Part shown: positions 17,787 to 27,340 of the stretch, piece after piece
How positions within the stretch are numbered: position 1 is the first letter of the stretch
Layout of the letters: each line of letters begins with the position of its first letter
Source of the DNA: an uncultured Candidatus Poseidoniales archaeon
GTDB lineage: Archaea > Thermoplasmatota > Poseidoniia > Poseidoniales > Poseidoniaceae
Length of the DNA: 64,000 bases
Reading direction: 5' to 3'
Assembly: GCA_905182125.1 (NCBI GenBank)
Contig: CAJJAV010000008.1
Span: 3,974 to 67,973, forward strand
Notes under the pieces: generated by a model
Databases searched by the model: none
Seen by the model: only the letters and a program-made list of their open reading frames with translations
What the model was told of the DNA's origin: nothing
Made by a program: the position numbers and the translations under genes

Positions 17787-20642
17787 ATGAGTCTGCCACC
17801 AATTGATTTGGCTGTTTTCCACGAGAACGGTTTTATCCGTAAGCAATGCAGTATCACTGCGCTTTGGTTTTGGACCACAGACCACGATCGTATCACTTGT
17901 GGCGACACGACTGAAGACGAGTACACATTCATCGGCGCCCCTCTAATTCAAGGCTATCCAATGCGTGGTAAAGCGCTCAAAGATGCGATGCGAGAAACGT
18001 TCCTGAATTTCTTTGAAGGCTACGAGCACACTCGGGTCACTCCGTACCCCGTTTTGGCCCGATGGCGAGACGACATTCACCTTACGATTGCCTCGATTGC
18101 AGATTTCCAACCCCACGTTACCTCCGGTGAAGTGGAGCCTCCGGCGAACCCACTCACCATCTCACAACCTTGCATTCGCCTTACAGATGTAGATGCAGTT
18201 GGCCGTTCTGGCCGTCACTTGACGACGTTTGAAATGATGGCACACCACGTATTCAACCGTCCTGGAGAAGGTCGAATGTTTTACTGGATGGAAGAATGTG
18301 TTCGCTTTTGCCATGAATTGCTGACCGATGCCTTGGGCATCGATGCGGATGAAATCACCTATGTGGAAAATCCTTGGTCGGGCGGAGGAAACGCAGGAGC
18401 GGCTGTTGAAGTCATTGTTGGCGGTCTCGAATTGGCAACGCTGGTGTTCATGAATTTAGAAGAACATCCGGATGGCGATGTGGAATTGAAAGGTGATCGC
18501 TACCGAGAAATGCCTCTTCAAATCATCGATACAGGTTACGGTTTGGAGCGTTTCTGTTGGGCAGCAGCCGGAACGCCAACAATTTACGAATCCATTTATC
18601 CCGATTCAACCAAATGGCTGAAAGACATCTCAGGCTTTTCTTCAATTGCTGCGCAATGGCCTGAACTCGACCTTGATGGGCTGCTCGGCGAGATGAGTCG
18701 ACTCAACGGGATTATGAACATTGAACCCGGCGTCGATGCAGATGAGTTGCGTGCGACTTTCCTTCGACGCCTTGGTGAACGCGGCGTTGTTGTAACCGCT
18801 GAACAATTCTCCGCAGTGACTGAACCGCTTGCTAAAATTTACGCCATTCCAGATCACCTGCACGCTTTGTGCCACATGCTCGGTGATGGGCTCGTCCCGT
18901 CAAACGCCAAAGCAGGTTACCTTGCTCGCATGCTTGCCCGAAGGACCCTGAGGTTGCGGGATGAACTAAAATTGGACGTGTCGCTTTCAGATTTAGCAAA
19001 GCATCACATCGAAGTGAACCTCGGTGGCGCTCCAATGAAACAGACCTACGATGGATTGCTTGGCATTCTGGAACTTGAAGAAGCACGCTATGGGGAAATG
19101 CTCCGGAAGGGTGGCAATGTCATCAACACTCAACTCAAGCAGCTTCCTAAAGATGCAGAACGAATACCAGATGAGATCTTGTTCAACATGAACGACTCTC
19201 ACGGACTTGCTCCGGACATGGCAGTCTCCCTTGCAAAGAAGGCCGGATGGTCCTCGGTTTCTGTTCGAACAGGCTTTGCTGCTGAAATGGCAGAGCGGCA
19301 TGCTATGCTCGCAAAACAGGCGGCTCAAGCCATCGAAGCCAAACCACTGGTCGAGAACCTCCCTTCATTGCCAGCAACCCATGCACTGTATTACGAAGAT
19401 GTTCTTCAACAGGAATTTGATGCTTCTGTCCTCGCTTGTTTGCCGCTAATTGGGGATGATTACCCCGAAGAGGCAACCCACGGGGTGGTCATGGACAAAT
19501 CCTGCTTTTACCCTGAAGGCGGAGGACAAGAGGGTGATTATGGGTCCCTTGCAACCGACTCGACTCAACGCAGGGTGCTCGACACCCGGAAGGTCGGCAA
19601 CCATATCCTTCATTTGACTGACGGGGCGTTTGACAAAGGCGATCTCGTCCATGGAAGCATTGACTGGAAACGTCGAAAGCAACTGATGGACCATCACACA
19701 GCAGTTCACATCGTGGGCGGAGCAGCCCGACGTGTCCTCGGGCCCCACATCTACCAAGCAGGGGCCAACAAGTCAGTTGACATGGCCCGTTTGGACATCA
19801 CCCATTTCCACCGACTCAACAGAGAAGATTTGGATGCAATTGAAGCCCTCGCCAACGAAGTCATCGGGCAGGTCCAACGAACCGAAAAGACAGAATTAAA
19901 CCGACGAGATGCTGACAAAAAATATGGCTTTGACCTCTATCAAGGTGGGGCGCCGAAAGGAAACTCGATTCGCATCCTCCGGATTGCGGATCACGACATT
20001 CAAGCGTGCGGTGGCACACATCACGATGAACCAGGCCAAATAGGATCGATTCGAATCGTTCGCTCATCTGCTGTTCAAGACGGTGTTGAACGTTTGCACA
20101 TTGTGGCAGGTCAAGCAGCTTTGAATTACGCTCGTGAACAAGATAGCATTCTTCGCCAAGCATGCGAGATTTACGGTGTTCCGACCGCTGATCTTCCTCG
20201 GACTTCTGAGCGGTTTTACAAGGAATGGAAGGACCAACGCAAGCGAATTGAACACCTTGAAGCCGAAATCGTTCGTTTGAGAACCTCTGGAGGTGGTTCG
20301 GATTCCCATGAAGTCGATGGCGTTCGAATCGTGATCATGGAAGCCCATGGGGATTTGAAAAAGATGACAAAAATGCTCAAAGAACTGACCCTCGATGCAC
20401 AAAAACCTACGTTGGCTGTGCTCGGTTCAAGGGAAGGAGGCGGGAAATTAATGATCGCCGTCACGGAAAATACAGCTGCATCAGAACGCTATAATGCGGT
20501 TACGCTGTTGAGAGAAATAGCTCATCACATCAACGGTGGAGGCGGTGGTCGACCAACGCTTGCTCAAGGCGGGGGTTCCAACGCTGATGGTCTTGATGCC
20601 GCATTGGATGCAGCCCGGTCATCTGTTGGGCTCGAAGATTAA
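17787..20642 (+). CDS. alaS: Alanine--tRNA ligase, archaeal type
   Basis: Seen: archaeal N-terminus FHENGFIRKQC, catalytic SQPCIRLTDVD...FEMMAHH, editing-domain HTAVHI...CGGTHH, and a C-terminal DHHA1-like GGGGRPTLAQGGG. The ATG at 17787 is preferred. Confidence 0.95.
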   Translation: MSLPPIDLAVFHENGFIRKQCSITALWFWTTDHDRITCGDTTEDEYTFIGAPLIQGYPMRGKALKDAMRETFLNFFEGYEHTRVTPYPVLARWRDDIHLTIASIADFQPHVTSGEVEPPANPLTISQPCIRLTDVDAVGRSGRHLTTFEMMAHHVFNRPGEGRMFYWMEECVRFCHELLTDALGIDADEITYVENPWSGGGNAGAAVEVIVGGLELATLVFMNLEEHPDGDVELKGDRYREMPLQIIDTGYGLERFCWAAAGTPTIYESIYPDSTKWLKDISGFSSIAAQWPELDLDGLLGEMSRLNGIMNIEPGVDADELRATFLRRLGERGVVVTAEQFSAVTEPLAKIYAIPDHLHALCHMLGDGLVPSNAKAGYLARMLARRTLRLRDELKLDVSLSDLAKHHIEVNLGGAPMKQTYDGLLGILELEEARYGEMLRKGGNVINTQLKQLPKDAERIPDEILFNMNDSHGLAPDMAVSLAKKAGWSSVSVRTGFAAEMAERHAMLAKQAAQAIEAKPLVENLPSLPATHALYYEDVLQQEFDASVLACLPLIGDDYPEEATHGVVMDKSCFYPEGGGQEGDYGSLATDSTQRRVLDTRKVGNHILHLTDGAFDKGDLVHGSIDWKRRKQLMDHHTAVHIVGGAARRVLGPHIYQAGANKSVDMARLDITHFHRLNREDLDAIEALANEVIGQVQRTEKTELNRRDADKKYGFDLYQGGAPKGNSIRILRIADHDIQACGGTHHDEPGQIGSIRIVRSSAVQDGVERLHIVAGQAALNYAREQDSILRQACEIYGVPTADLPRTSERFYKEWKDQRKRIEHLEAEIVRLRTSGGGSDSHEVDGVRIVIMEAHGDLKKMTKMLKELTLDAQKPTLAVLGSREGGGKLMIAVTENTAASERYNAVTLLREIAHHINGGGGGRPTLAQGGGSNADGLDAALDAARSSVGLED

Positions 20643-21361
20643 ATCGATCGTAGAGCTTCACGATCGAAGTGAGAAACGGCAATATTCAGTGCTTCTTCCA
20701 CGTCAAACCAACGGACTTCGGCTATTTCTTCAGTTTGAACGTTCAATGTCGATGCATCGCCGTTCCATTTCGCCTGGTAGGTGAACGAGACGAAAGATAT
20801 GCCCTCATCTGTGAATATGTTTTGAGTCACGACCGGTTCGATGTCCTCGAGTTTAATGGTCAGACCGAGTTCTTCTTCAGTTTCCCGTACACACCCAACT
20901 GCAGGGTGCTCATCATGGTCCATGTAGCCACCAGGGAGCGTCCAAAAACCATGGAAATGCCCACGTTCGACGCGCCCCATGAGTACCTGCCTTTGATCGT
21001 TGCAAATCATAACTTTTGCAACCAGACGATGTATCGAGCGATAAATTGCTTCTCGAGCCACGGGATGCACGGCATTATCGCTGATTAAATCATCTTTGAG
21101 TGCCCAGTGGCGTGGCCATTCAATCTTTGGATACCCTTTGACCACCATCGTGACGTCATCTGCAAATTCGACTCGCGTGTGCCGAAACTCCTGCCATGGA
21201 ATCTCCATCGCTTCAATTTCGATTCTCGTTGGTAGCCTGAGGACAGCATCGTTGTTCATTCGCCCGGGGACGGGAAGTTGAGGCCCTTGTCCAGACCCAT
21301 CAACGAGAAGAACCCGGCCATCATGCTCGAGATGAACGACCTCCTTTGGGTGCATGTCCAC
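20639..21361 (-). CDS. Nudix hydrolase with an N-terminal extension of about 120 aa
   Basis: Seen: Nudix box GGYMDHDEHPAVGCVRETEEELGL. Its stop overlaps the alaS stop (shared TTAA). Confidence 0.8.
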   Translation of the reverse strand: MDMHPKEVVHLEHDGRVLLVDGSGQGPQLPVPGRMNNDAVLRLPTRIEIEAMEIPWQEFRHTRVEFADDVTMVVKGYPKIEWPRHWALKDDLISDNAVHPVAREAIYRSIHRLVAKVMICNDQRQVLMGRVERGHFHGFWTLPGGYMDHDEHPAVGCVRETEEELGLTIKLEDIEPVVTQNIFTDEGISFVSFTYQAKWNGDASTLNVQTEEIAEVRWFDVEEALNIAVSHFDREALRSI

Positions 21362-21411
21362 GGGTCGTCACCATGCCACATGAATGCTCGTATCAGAGAT
21401 GACCGTTCTGT

Positions 21412-22185
21412 ATGAGCGAACGCATGAAACTGATGATTCAAGTACTGCATGTCTGTGGCAACAGTATGGGCTTTGACCAGTTGAACGAAACAGGTTGGGC
21501 CATGACCTACTTGGTTTGGGATGACACCAGCAAAGAAGCGGCATTGATCGATCCAGTTTACGATTTCATGGATCACTACCTCGAAGTGCTCGAAAAGAAA
21601 GGTCTCACGCTTGTTTACGCAATGGCTACGCACACCCATGCCGATCACATCACCGCCTGTTTCTCGTTGAAAGAAAAGCTCGGCTGTTCGTACGTGATGT
21701 GGCATTCCACCTCGTGCCTCAATGTTTCCAAATATGTTGACCACGGTGACACGATTAAAATGGGCAATGTGATGTTCAAGTTCCACCATGCACCGGGTCA
21801 CACCAACGACAGCATGTTGATTGAAACGGCGACTCATGTGATGACTGGCGATTTCCTTTTCACCGGAAAAGGGGGCGTCGGGCGAGATGACCTTCCAAGC
21901 GGGCGAATGCATGTGCATTGGGCTGCTCTAGGGGTTCTGGACTTGCTTGACGGGCACCTTGTGGTCTGTACCGGCCACGACCCTCCTGGGACTGAAATGC
22001 AAACCCTGGATTGGAACCGAACTGAGAATCCAGTCTTGAACATGACCAGTTACGAAGCTTACGAATCATGGCAATTGGAAGTCAGTTCAGGCCTTGGGCC
22101 AGTGTCGAAAATCAAGACGGCTGTTCCAGCAAATTTATTCGCAGAAATACCTCAACACATCCCCTGGTTGGACCAAACCGAATGA
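21412..22185 (+). CDS. MBL-fold metallo-hydrolase (glyoxalase II / persulfide dioxygenase-like)
   Basis: Seen: THTHADH, HAPGHT, and TGDFLF..GGVGR. Confidence 0.8.
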   Translation: MSERMKLMIQVLHVCGNSMGFDQLNETGWAMTYLVWDDTSKEAALIDPVYDFMDHYLEVLEKKGLTLVYAMATHTHADHITACFSLKEKLGCSYVMWHSTSCLNVSKYVDHGDTIKMGNVMFKFHHAPGHTNDSMLIETATHVMTGDFLFTGKGGVGRDDLPSGRMHVHWAALGVLDLLDGHLVVCTGHDPPGTEMQTLDWNRTENPVLNMTSYEAYESWQLEVSSGLGPVSKIKTAVPANLFAEIPQHIPWLDQTE

Positions 22186-22194
22186 ACACAAAAA

Positions 22195-24750
22195 ATGCGA
22201 ATGCATTTGAAGGGTCACAGTGGGCATTGGTTCATGCGCTCCTCCTCCGCACGCGGTCTTCTGGTCGTTTTGTCGCTTCAACTGCTCTTAGTTGGCGCTT
22301 CTGCAGCCCCGTTGATGTCTTCCCTCAATCCCGCAGGCGATGCAGAGCGAATGGATGCTTCTTTGGAAGATGCCTTAGACCATTCTGACTTCGACACCAA
22401 ACTCTCCGTCATCTTCCAACTGAACAGCGAAGTGACCACTGAAGACCGAACATGGTTGGAAAACCATGGCGCTTCCATTCTTGGCGACGCACCCTTGATC
22501 GACGGTGGTCTGATGGAAGTCACGGCTACGGATGTTCGAATCATCAGTCAATGGGCCCGGACAGAATACCTGGAACTGAACCGAGAACTGGAATTCTTCT
22601 ATCTTCCTTCCGAGTGGGGCGGAGAACCAACCCCTGGAATCAAAATGCATGAAACCACTCATGTCGTTAACGCCACCACTTCATGGCACCGTGCCATCAT
22701 TAACACCGATGGAACCGTCGCATTCGAAACAGACTCCTCCTTCACCGAATGGGACGGAGACGGAACGGCGATCGTCGATTTGGACACCGGCGTCGATGCA
22801 GGTCACCCTGATTTCGATTACCTCGCACCTTGGACTGGTGACAAGACCCTGTATTCCGCAAAGTGGGACGGCGTTTGGACTGAAACTCGCAATTCCGATA
22901 CATCGTCCGGACACGGCACGCACGTCGGCGGGACCATTGCTGGAAATGGAGATGCGTCCTCTGGACGCCGAGCAGGCGTTGCCAAAGGCGGTCAACTCGT
23001 TGCGCTTGGAACCGGTGATGGGGCCTCGATTTTTGCTGCCGAGCAGGGGCTCGAATGGACCTTCCAACATTCGATCCCGGGACAGAATGAATACCACATT
23101 CGGGTTGTTTCCAACTCATGGGGCACAGATGGTGATTACGACCCCAATGGGGCAGTCGCCACCCTCACAGACCGCCTCACATACGAAAATGGTGTCGCAG
23201 TCATCTTTGCAGCCTCCAACTCTGGCGGCAGTGGAAGCGAATGTGCAAGCGGTTTGAAAACCAATGTATACGCAAACACTCCTTCGGCAATATCCGTTGC
23301 AGCACTCACTCATGATGGCACTGCAGTAACTTCCTTTTCCAGCCGTGGTTGCATGAATCAAATGCACACATGGCCTGATGTTGGCGCACCTGGTCGGGAT
23401 ATCTGGGCCACAGCTCCTCGGGGTACTGCAATTGATGCATCAACAAAAACCCAAGGCGATCTCTACTACATGTCCATCTCTGGTACCAGCATGGCTACAC
23501 CCCACGTCGGTGGTATGGCTGGCCTTATGCTCAACGCAGCACCTTCGCTTACCGTTGCAGACTACCATCGAGAAGACCATGACGAAGGTGACTCACTTGT
23601 CGGTGGTGAAGGAACAGCAGCTTACGGTCAGTTTGCTGACTGGGACGAAGCCAATTATTCTCGAATTCACGAACTTGAATTGATCCTTGAATTAACCGCT
23701 CGCTACGAAGGTATGGCAAATTCATGTGAAGCTGGAAACGATGACGATGGATGCAATGACATACCCGTCGAGTGTTACCGCTCCGCTACAGGACGATGCC
23801 ACGATTGGCGTGTTGGACACGGCCTCACGGATGTGGATGCTGCCGTGGCTCTCGCCAGAACCCTCCAATTGATGCGTGACCAGAACGATGACGGTATCGT
23901 TGACCATCCTGAATACACCGTCTGGGATGCTTACGAAATCTTTGATGCGCTTCGCACCAAAGAATCAATTGTGGTTGATACAGACCGTGTTAGGCACGCT
24001 TGGAAAGGTGATTGGAATCACTTCAACAACGGCCCAAATGGCGCTGTGTATTACACTGAAGATTCACACTATGTTTGGATCCCCAACGGCACCTACAACA
24101 TGCTGGTTCGGTTTACGCCAACCGAAGTTGATGTAGAAACTGGACAAGTAGGCAACCTGCAGATGGAGATTGACCTTGGTGAAGACGGTTCCAATGACGC
24201 CCAAGGCCAAGGAACCCGTGTCGCTGATACTTGGATTTACGATCTCGACGTCGATTCCTCTCACTGGAACACCTGGGCTCACTTCGACGTAACGGGTCAA
24301 GCCGTGGCTTTCCTCGGACTGTTCGAAGACTTTGAATTCTTTGAAGCCAGTATCCCGTACACGGTTGATGCTGTTTTGACGCTTGACTTGTCGACGCCAG
24401 TGGACATATCCATTCCACAACGCCCAGATTTCTATTCGGACTTGGACCCCACAACACGGTCTGATGCATGGGACGATGATTACATGGGTCAGCTGACCTT
24501 CACTCGGGATGCATACAATCAAGCGGCACTGATGGAAGAGATTCTTCCTAAGGTCCTTGTCGAAGAAGAAGAAGATTCCTTCTTCGGTGCTCTAGGCGCA
24601 GTCTTTTCAGAATTCACTGGTGCTTCGGTCTCCTTTGCAGTGTTCGCTTTGCTCTGCGCACTCGGCGTGGGTTACGTTATGCGGAACACCCGTGAAGATC
24701 AGCCTTTGTTGCTGGTGGATGGACCGGTTGACGCAGAACTTGAATCCTGA
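22195..24750 (+). CDS. Secreted subtilisin-like serine protease (S8, halolysin-like) with a large C-terminal extension and TM anchor
   Basis: Seen: signal peptide, Asp VDLDTGVDAGHPDF, His HGTHVGGTIAG, Ser SGTSMATPHVGGMAGL, and a C-terminal hydrophobic helix. Confidence 0.9.
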   Translation: MRMHLKGHSGHWFMRSSSARGLLVVLSLQLLLVGASAAPLMSSLNPAGDAERMDASLEDALDHSDFDTKLSVIFQLNSEVTTEDRTWLENHGASILGDAPLIDGGLMEVTATDVRIISQWARTEYLELNRELEFFYLPSEWGGEPTPGIKMHETTHVVNATTSWHRAIINTDGTVAFETDSSFTEWDGDGTAIVDLDTGVDAGHPDFDYLAPWTGDKTLYSAKWDGVWTETRNSDTSSGHGTHVGGTIAGNGDASSGRRAGVAKGGQLVALGTGDGASIFAAEQGLEWTFQHSIPGQNEYHIRVVSNSWGTDGDYDPNGAVATLTDRLTYENGVAVIFAASNSGGSGSECASGLKTNVYANTPSAISVAALTHDGTAVTSFSSRGCMNQMHTWPDVGAPGRDIWATAPRGTAIDASTKTQGDLYYMSISGTSMATPHVGGMAGLMLNAAPSLTVADYHREDHDEGDSLVGGEGTAAYGQFADWDEANYSRIHELELILELTARYEGMANSCEAGNDDDGCNDIPVECYRSATGRCHDWRVGHGLTDVDAAVALARTLQLMRDQNDDGIVDHPEYTVWDAYEIFDALRTKESIVVDTDRVRHAWKGDWNHFNNGPNGAVYYTEDSHYVWIPNGTYNMLVRFTPTEVDVETGQVGNLQMEIDLGEDGSNDAQGQGTRVADTWIYDLDVDSSHWNTWAHFDVTGQAVAFLGLFEDFEFFEASIPYTVDAVLTLDLSTPVDISIPQRPDFYSDLDPTTRSDAWDDDYMGQLTFTRDAYNQAALMEEILPKVLVEEEEDSFFGALGAVFSEFTGASVSFAVFALLCALGVGYVMRNTREDQPLLLVDGPVDAELES

Positions 24751-24752
24751 GT

Positions 24753-25937
24753 TCACAACGGGTTATCTGGAATAGACCCCTTGTGTTCTGATGAGGGCAA
24801 TGCTTGCAAATCAGCGAAGGTCAGTTGATCTGGTGGTGCTTCATTGAGGGTTGCCAACCGTTCCTTCATTTCCATTCGAACGTGGAACTCAATGCGTCCT
24901 CTGGTTCGTGTTAAGTCGTATGAGAGTGGATTCAGGGCTTCGATAATTTGTTGTTCAAAGTCATCTTTGACCTTTGTACCACGCCACAAAGAATAGCCCC
25001 AGCGGAACGCAATTCCCACAACGGCCGCACCGTACAAGATCATCAGAATGGAAGTCGCAAACAAAACGGCGTTCCCAGAACGTGATTCATCGAGTAAATT
25101 ACGCACAATCAAAAATCCTAAACCAATACCGACCAAAGGCTTGAGGATGCTTTCCAACCACTGATCGACCGGGACCAGACGCCCCTTCGCAGGGTCGACA
25201 AACACCAAATCCGATTCAAAGGCCGTGTTCATGACGCTCAAGGCCCCAAGGAGGATGATGTAAAGTCCAGTTGAGATCGCCAATTCAATGCCCCATGAAT
25301 TGAGGTTTAATGTCCAATGAACGATCAGCCAAGCAAACAATCCGAGAAAGGCTCCTTGTGGCACGTGGTTGAAGTGGATGACATGGTGTGAAAATTCATT
25401 CAGTTTTGTGCTCTTGGTCGTGATGCCACGATGAGGTTTGGGGATGTGGATGATTTGCCAGTGCATGAGGTGTTCAATTGTGGTCAAACCTTTGACGAGT
25501 AAGCGCTGTCGAATCAACAATGTCTCGATTAAAATAAGCACTGGAAGACCGAGAAGAATCACAGGGAAGGCCATCACAGCTGCCAGAGGGAAGATGATGA
25601 TCGTTGGCAATAAAAGAAAGTGCGATAACGTCAATGGATGGAATAAATCTGCTTCGATCAAACGCTGCTGGCTCGGTTGAATATGCAGGCTGCGTGCCAC
25701 ATCATCGAGGGTTGCACGAAAAGGTGCCACCTGTCGGCCTGCATCGATAATTTGGAGAACTGTGTTGCGGTACTGCGATTCCTCATGGCCAGCCCCGGTG
25801 AAAAACCGCCATGCGATCCTCATCGGCAGGGCAAGGAACAGAGGGATTGACAGCAATCCTATAGCCCACAACAGGGTGTTCGTATCTACATCTGCCATGG
25901 TAGTCCCTGATGAGGCCAGCAGGAAGGACGGTTTCAA
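24753..25937 (-). CDS. Polytopic membrane protein, unknown function
   Basis: Seen: a long ORF with about 8 hydrophobic segments. No motif recognised. The start may be 25898 (MADVDT). Confidence 0.6.
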   Translation of the reverse strand: MKPSFLLASSGTTMADVDTNTLLWAIGLLSIPLFLALPMRIAWRFFTGAGHEESQYRNTVLQIIDAGRQVAPFRATLDDVARSLHIQPSQQRLIEADLFHPLTLSHFLLLPTIIIFPLAAVMAFPVILLGLPVLILIETLLIRQRLLVKGLTTIEHLMHWQIIHIPKPHRGITTKSTKLNEFSHHVIHFNHVPQGAFLGLFAWLIVHWTLNLNSWGIELAISTGLYIILLGALSVMNTAFESDLVFVDPAKGRLVPVDQWLESILKPLVGIGLGFLIVRNLLDESRSGNAVLFATSILMILYGAAVVGIAFRWGYSLWRGTKVKDDFEQQIIEALNPLSYDLTRTRGRIEFHVRMEMKERLATLNEAPPDQLTFADLQALPSSEHKGSIPDNPL

Positions 25938-25999
25938 ACATTGGGGGGACTCATGAGAGGAACCTAAGATTCATGGCCTTCGTCGGTCGCATCAACATT

Positions 26000-26986
26000 A
26001 TGGCAAGGATTGCAGTGACGGACGGTATGGCTGAAGATGCAGTATTGCTGTTGCAACAAGCAGGACACGAAGTGGTTTTGGGCACCATCGAAGCCATCGA
26101 TTTAGCCAAAGGGGCTCTCGGGGATTTTGACGCTATCATTGTTCGCAGTGCTACGAAACTTCCGGCAAATGTCATCGCAGTATCAGGTGATCGACTGTCC
26201 GTAATCGCACGGGCTGGTGTGGGTGTTGACAACATTGACATCCACGCAGCAGCAACTGCAGGCATCCCCGTTGTCAATGCCCCGCGTGCCTCCACACAAT
26301 CCGTCGTGGAATTGACGATTGGTCACTTGCTCTCCTCTATTCGCCATATTCCTCGTGCCGATCGAGGCATGCGAGACGGCAAGTGGGAGAAAAAAATCAT
26401 GAAAGGGACTGAATTGTCTGAGAAGAACCTCGGACTCATCGGCTTCGGCCGAATCGCCCAAGGTGTCGGTGCGGTGGCCCAAGCGCTTGGTATGACGGTC
26501 CATACCTACGACCCCTACCTTCCACCCAAAGTCGCGAAGGCACAGAACACGACCCTTCACAAGAAGGTTGAGACCTTGTTTTCCAACTGCACTCACATTT
26601 CCATTCACTGCAACCTGAACGATGAAACCCACCACCTCGTCAACGCTGAACGCCTTGCATTGATGCCAGGTCGGTCAAACGATGGCATCGCATGTGGCAA
26701 CCACATCGTCAATTGCGCCCGGGGTGGCATCATCGACGAGGTTGCTTTGCTCGATGCTCTTGAACAAGGTCTCGTTGCTTCCGCAGCGTTGGATGTGTTT
26801 GAAGTTGAACCCGTTCCAGTCGATGCGCTCTTGCTCCAGCACGAACACTTCCATGGAACCCCGCACATTGGTGCTGCGACAATGGAAGCCCAAGCTCGTG
26901 TTGGCCGTGACATTGCACATGCGGTCATGGCCGTGCTCGATGGTGGCACCTCTGAAACCACCGTCAATGCTCATCTGATGTCGTGA
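26000..26986 (+). CDS. serA: D-3-phosphoglycerate dehydrogenase / D-2-hydroxyacid dehydrogenase (short form)
   Basis: Seen: GLIGFGRIA (NAD), NCARGGIID, AALDVFEVEP, TPHIGAAT. The ATG at 26000 (MARIAVTD) is preferred over the track start at 25910. Confidence 0.8.
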   Translation: MARIAVTDGMAEDAVLLLQQAGHEVVLGTIEAIDLAKGALGDFDAIIVRSATKLPANVIAVSGDRLSVIARAGVGVDNIDIHAAATAGIPVVNAPRASTQSVVELTIGHLLSSIRHIPRADRGMRDGKWEKKIMKGTELSEKNLGLIGFGRIAQGVGAVAQALGMTVHTYDPYLPPKVAKAQNTTLHKKVETLFSNCTHISIHCNLNDETHHLVNAERLALMPGRSNDGIACGNHIVNCARGGIIDEVALLDALEQGLVASAALDVFEVEPVPVDALLLQHEHFHGTPHIGAATMEAQARVGRDIAHAVMAVLDGGTSETTVNAHLMS

Positions 26987-26997
26987 TTCACTTTCAC
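26987..26997 (+). promoter_or_regulatory. TTCACTTTCAC motif (tandem TTCAC half-sites) upstream of the small-ORF/PolB operon
   Basis: Seen: it starts 1 nt after the serA stop and ends 55 nt before the ATG at 27053. An identical 11-mer recurs at 32785..32795 on the minus strand. A regulatory role is inference. Confidence 0.4.
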
Positions 26998-27052
26998 TTG
27001 AACCTGCTCGGGTCTCACGAACGATGGTCAATGGTGGCGGTGATTCCCACCC

Positions 27053-27340
27053 ATGGGACGAACGGTACCAACTTGGCGGACACGAATCGAAAACGAACTT
27101 CATTCGCTGGAGATGTTCCGTCGTGCACTTCCTTCGACTGAGAAGCCGTTGTTCGATGCGCTTCTTACGGGGGTTCGAAACCGGCGAACCGCCGGTGGCA
27201 TGTTGCCCTCACATGATGTTTGGAAACCTATGCTGCTTTCCATGTTGATCGAGATGATGGTTCAGAATGCCAAACTCGAACGACGCTTGGACGTTCTTGA
27301 AACGGCCGAGGTGATGGGCGATGAGCCGGCCCATTCTTGA
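27053..27340 (+). CDS. Small hypothetical protein (95 aa) translationally coupled to PolB
   Basis: Seen: GGTGA lies 9 nt upstream of the ATG, and the 3' end overlaps the PolB ATG by 20 nt. It looks helical (ENELHSLEMFRRALPSTEKPLFDALL...). No family recognised. Confidence 0.5.
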   Translation: MGRTVPTWRTRIENELHSLEMFRRALPSTEKPLFDALLTGVRNRRTAGGMLPSHDVWKPMLLSMLIEMMVQNAKLERRLDVLETAEVMGDEPAHS

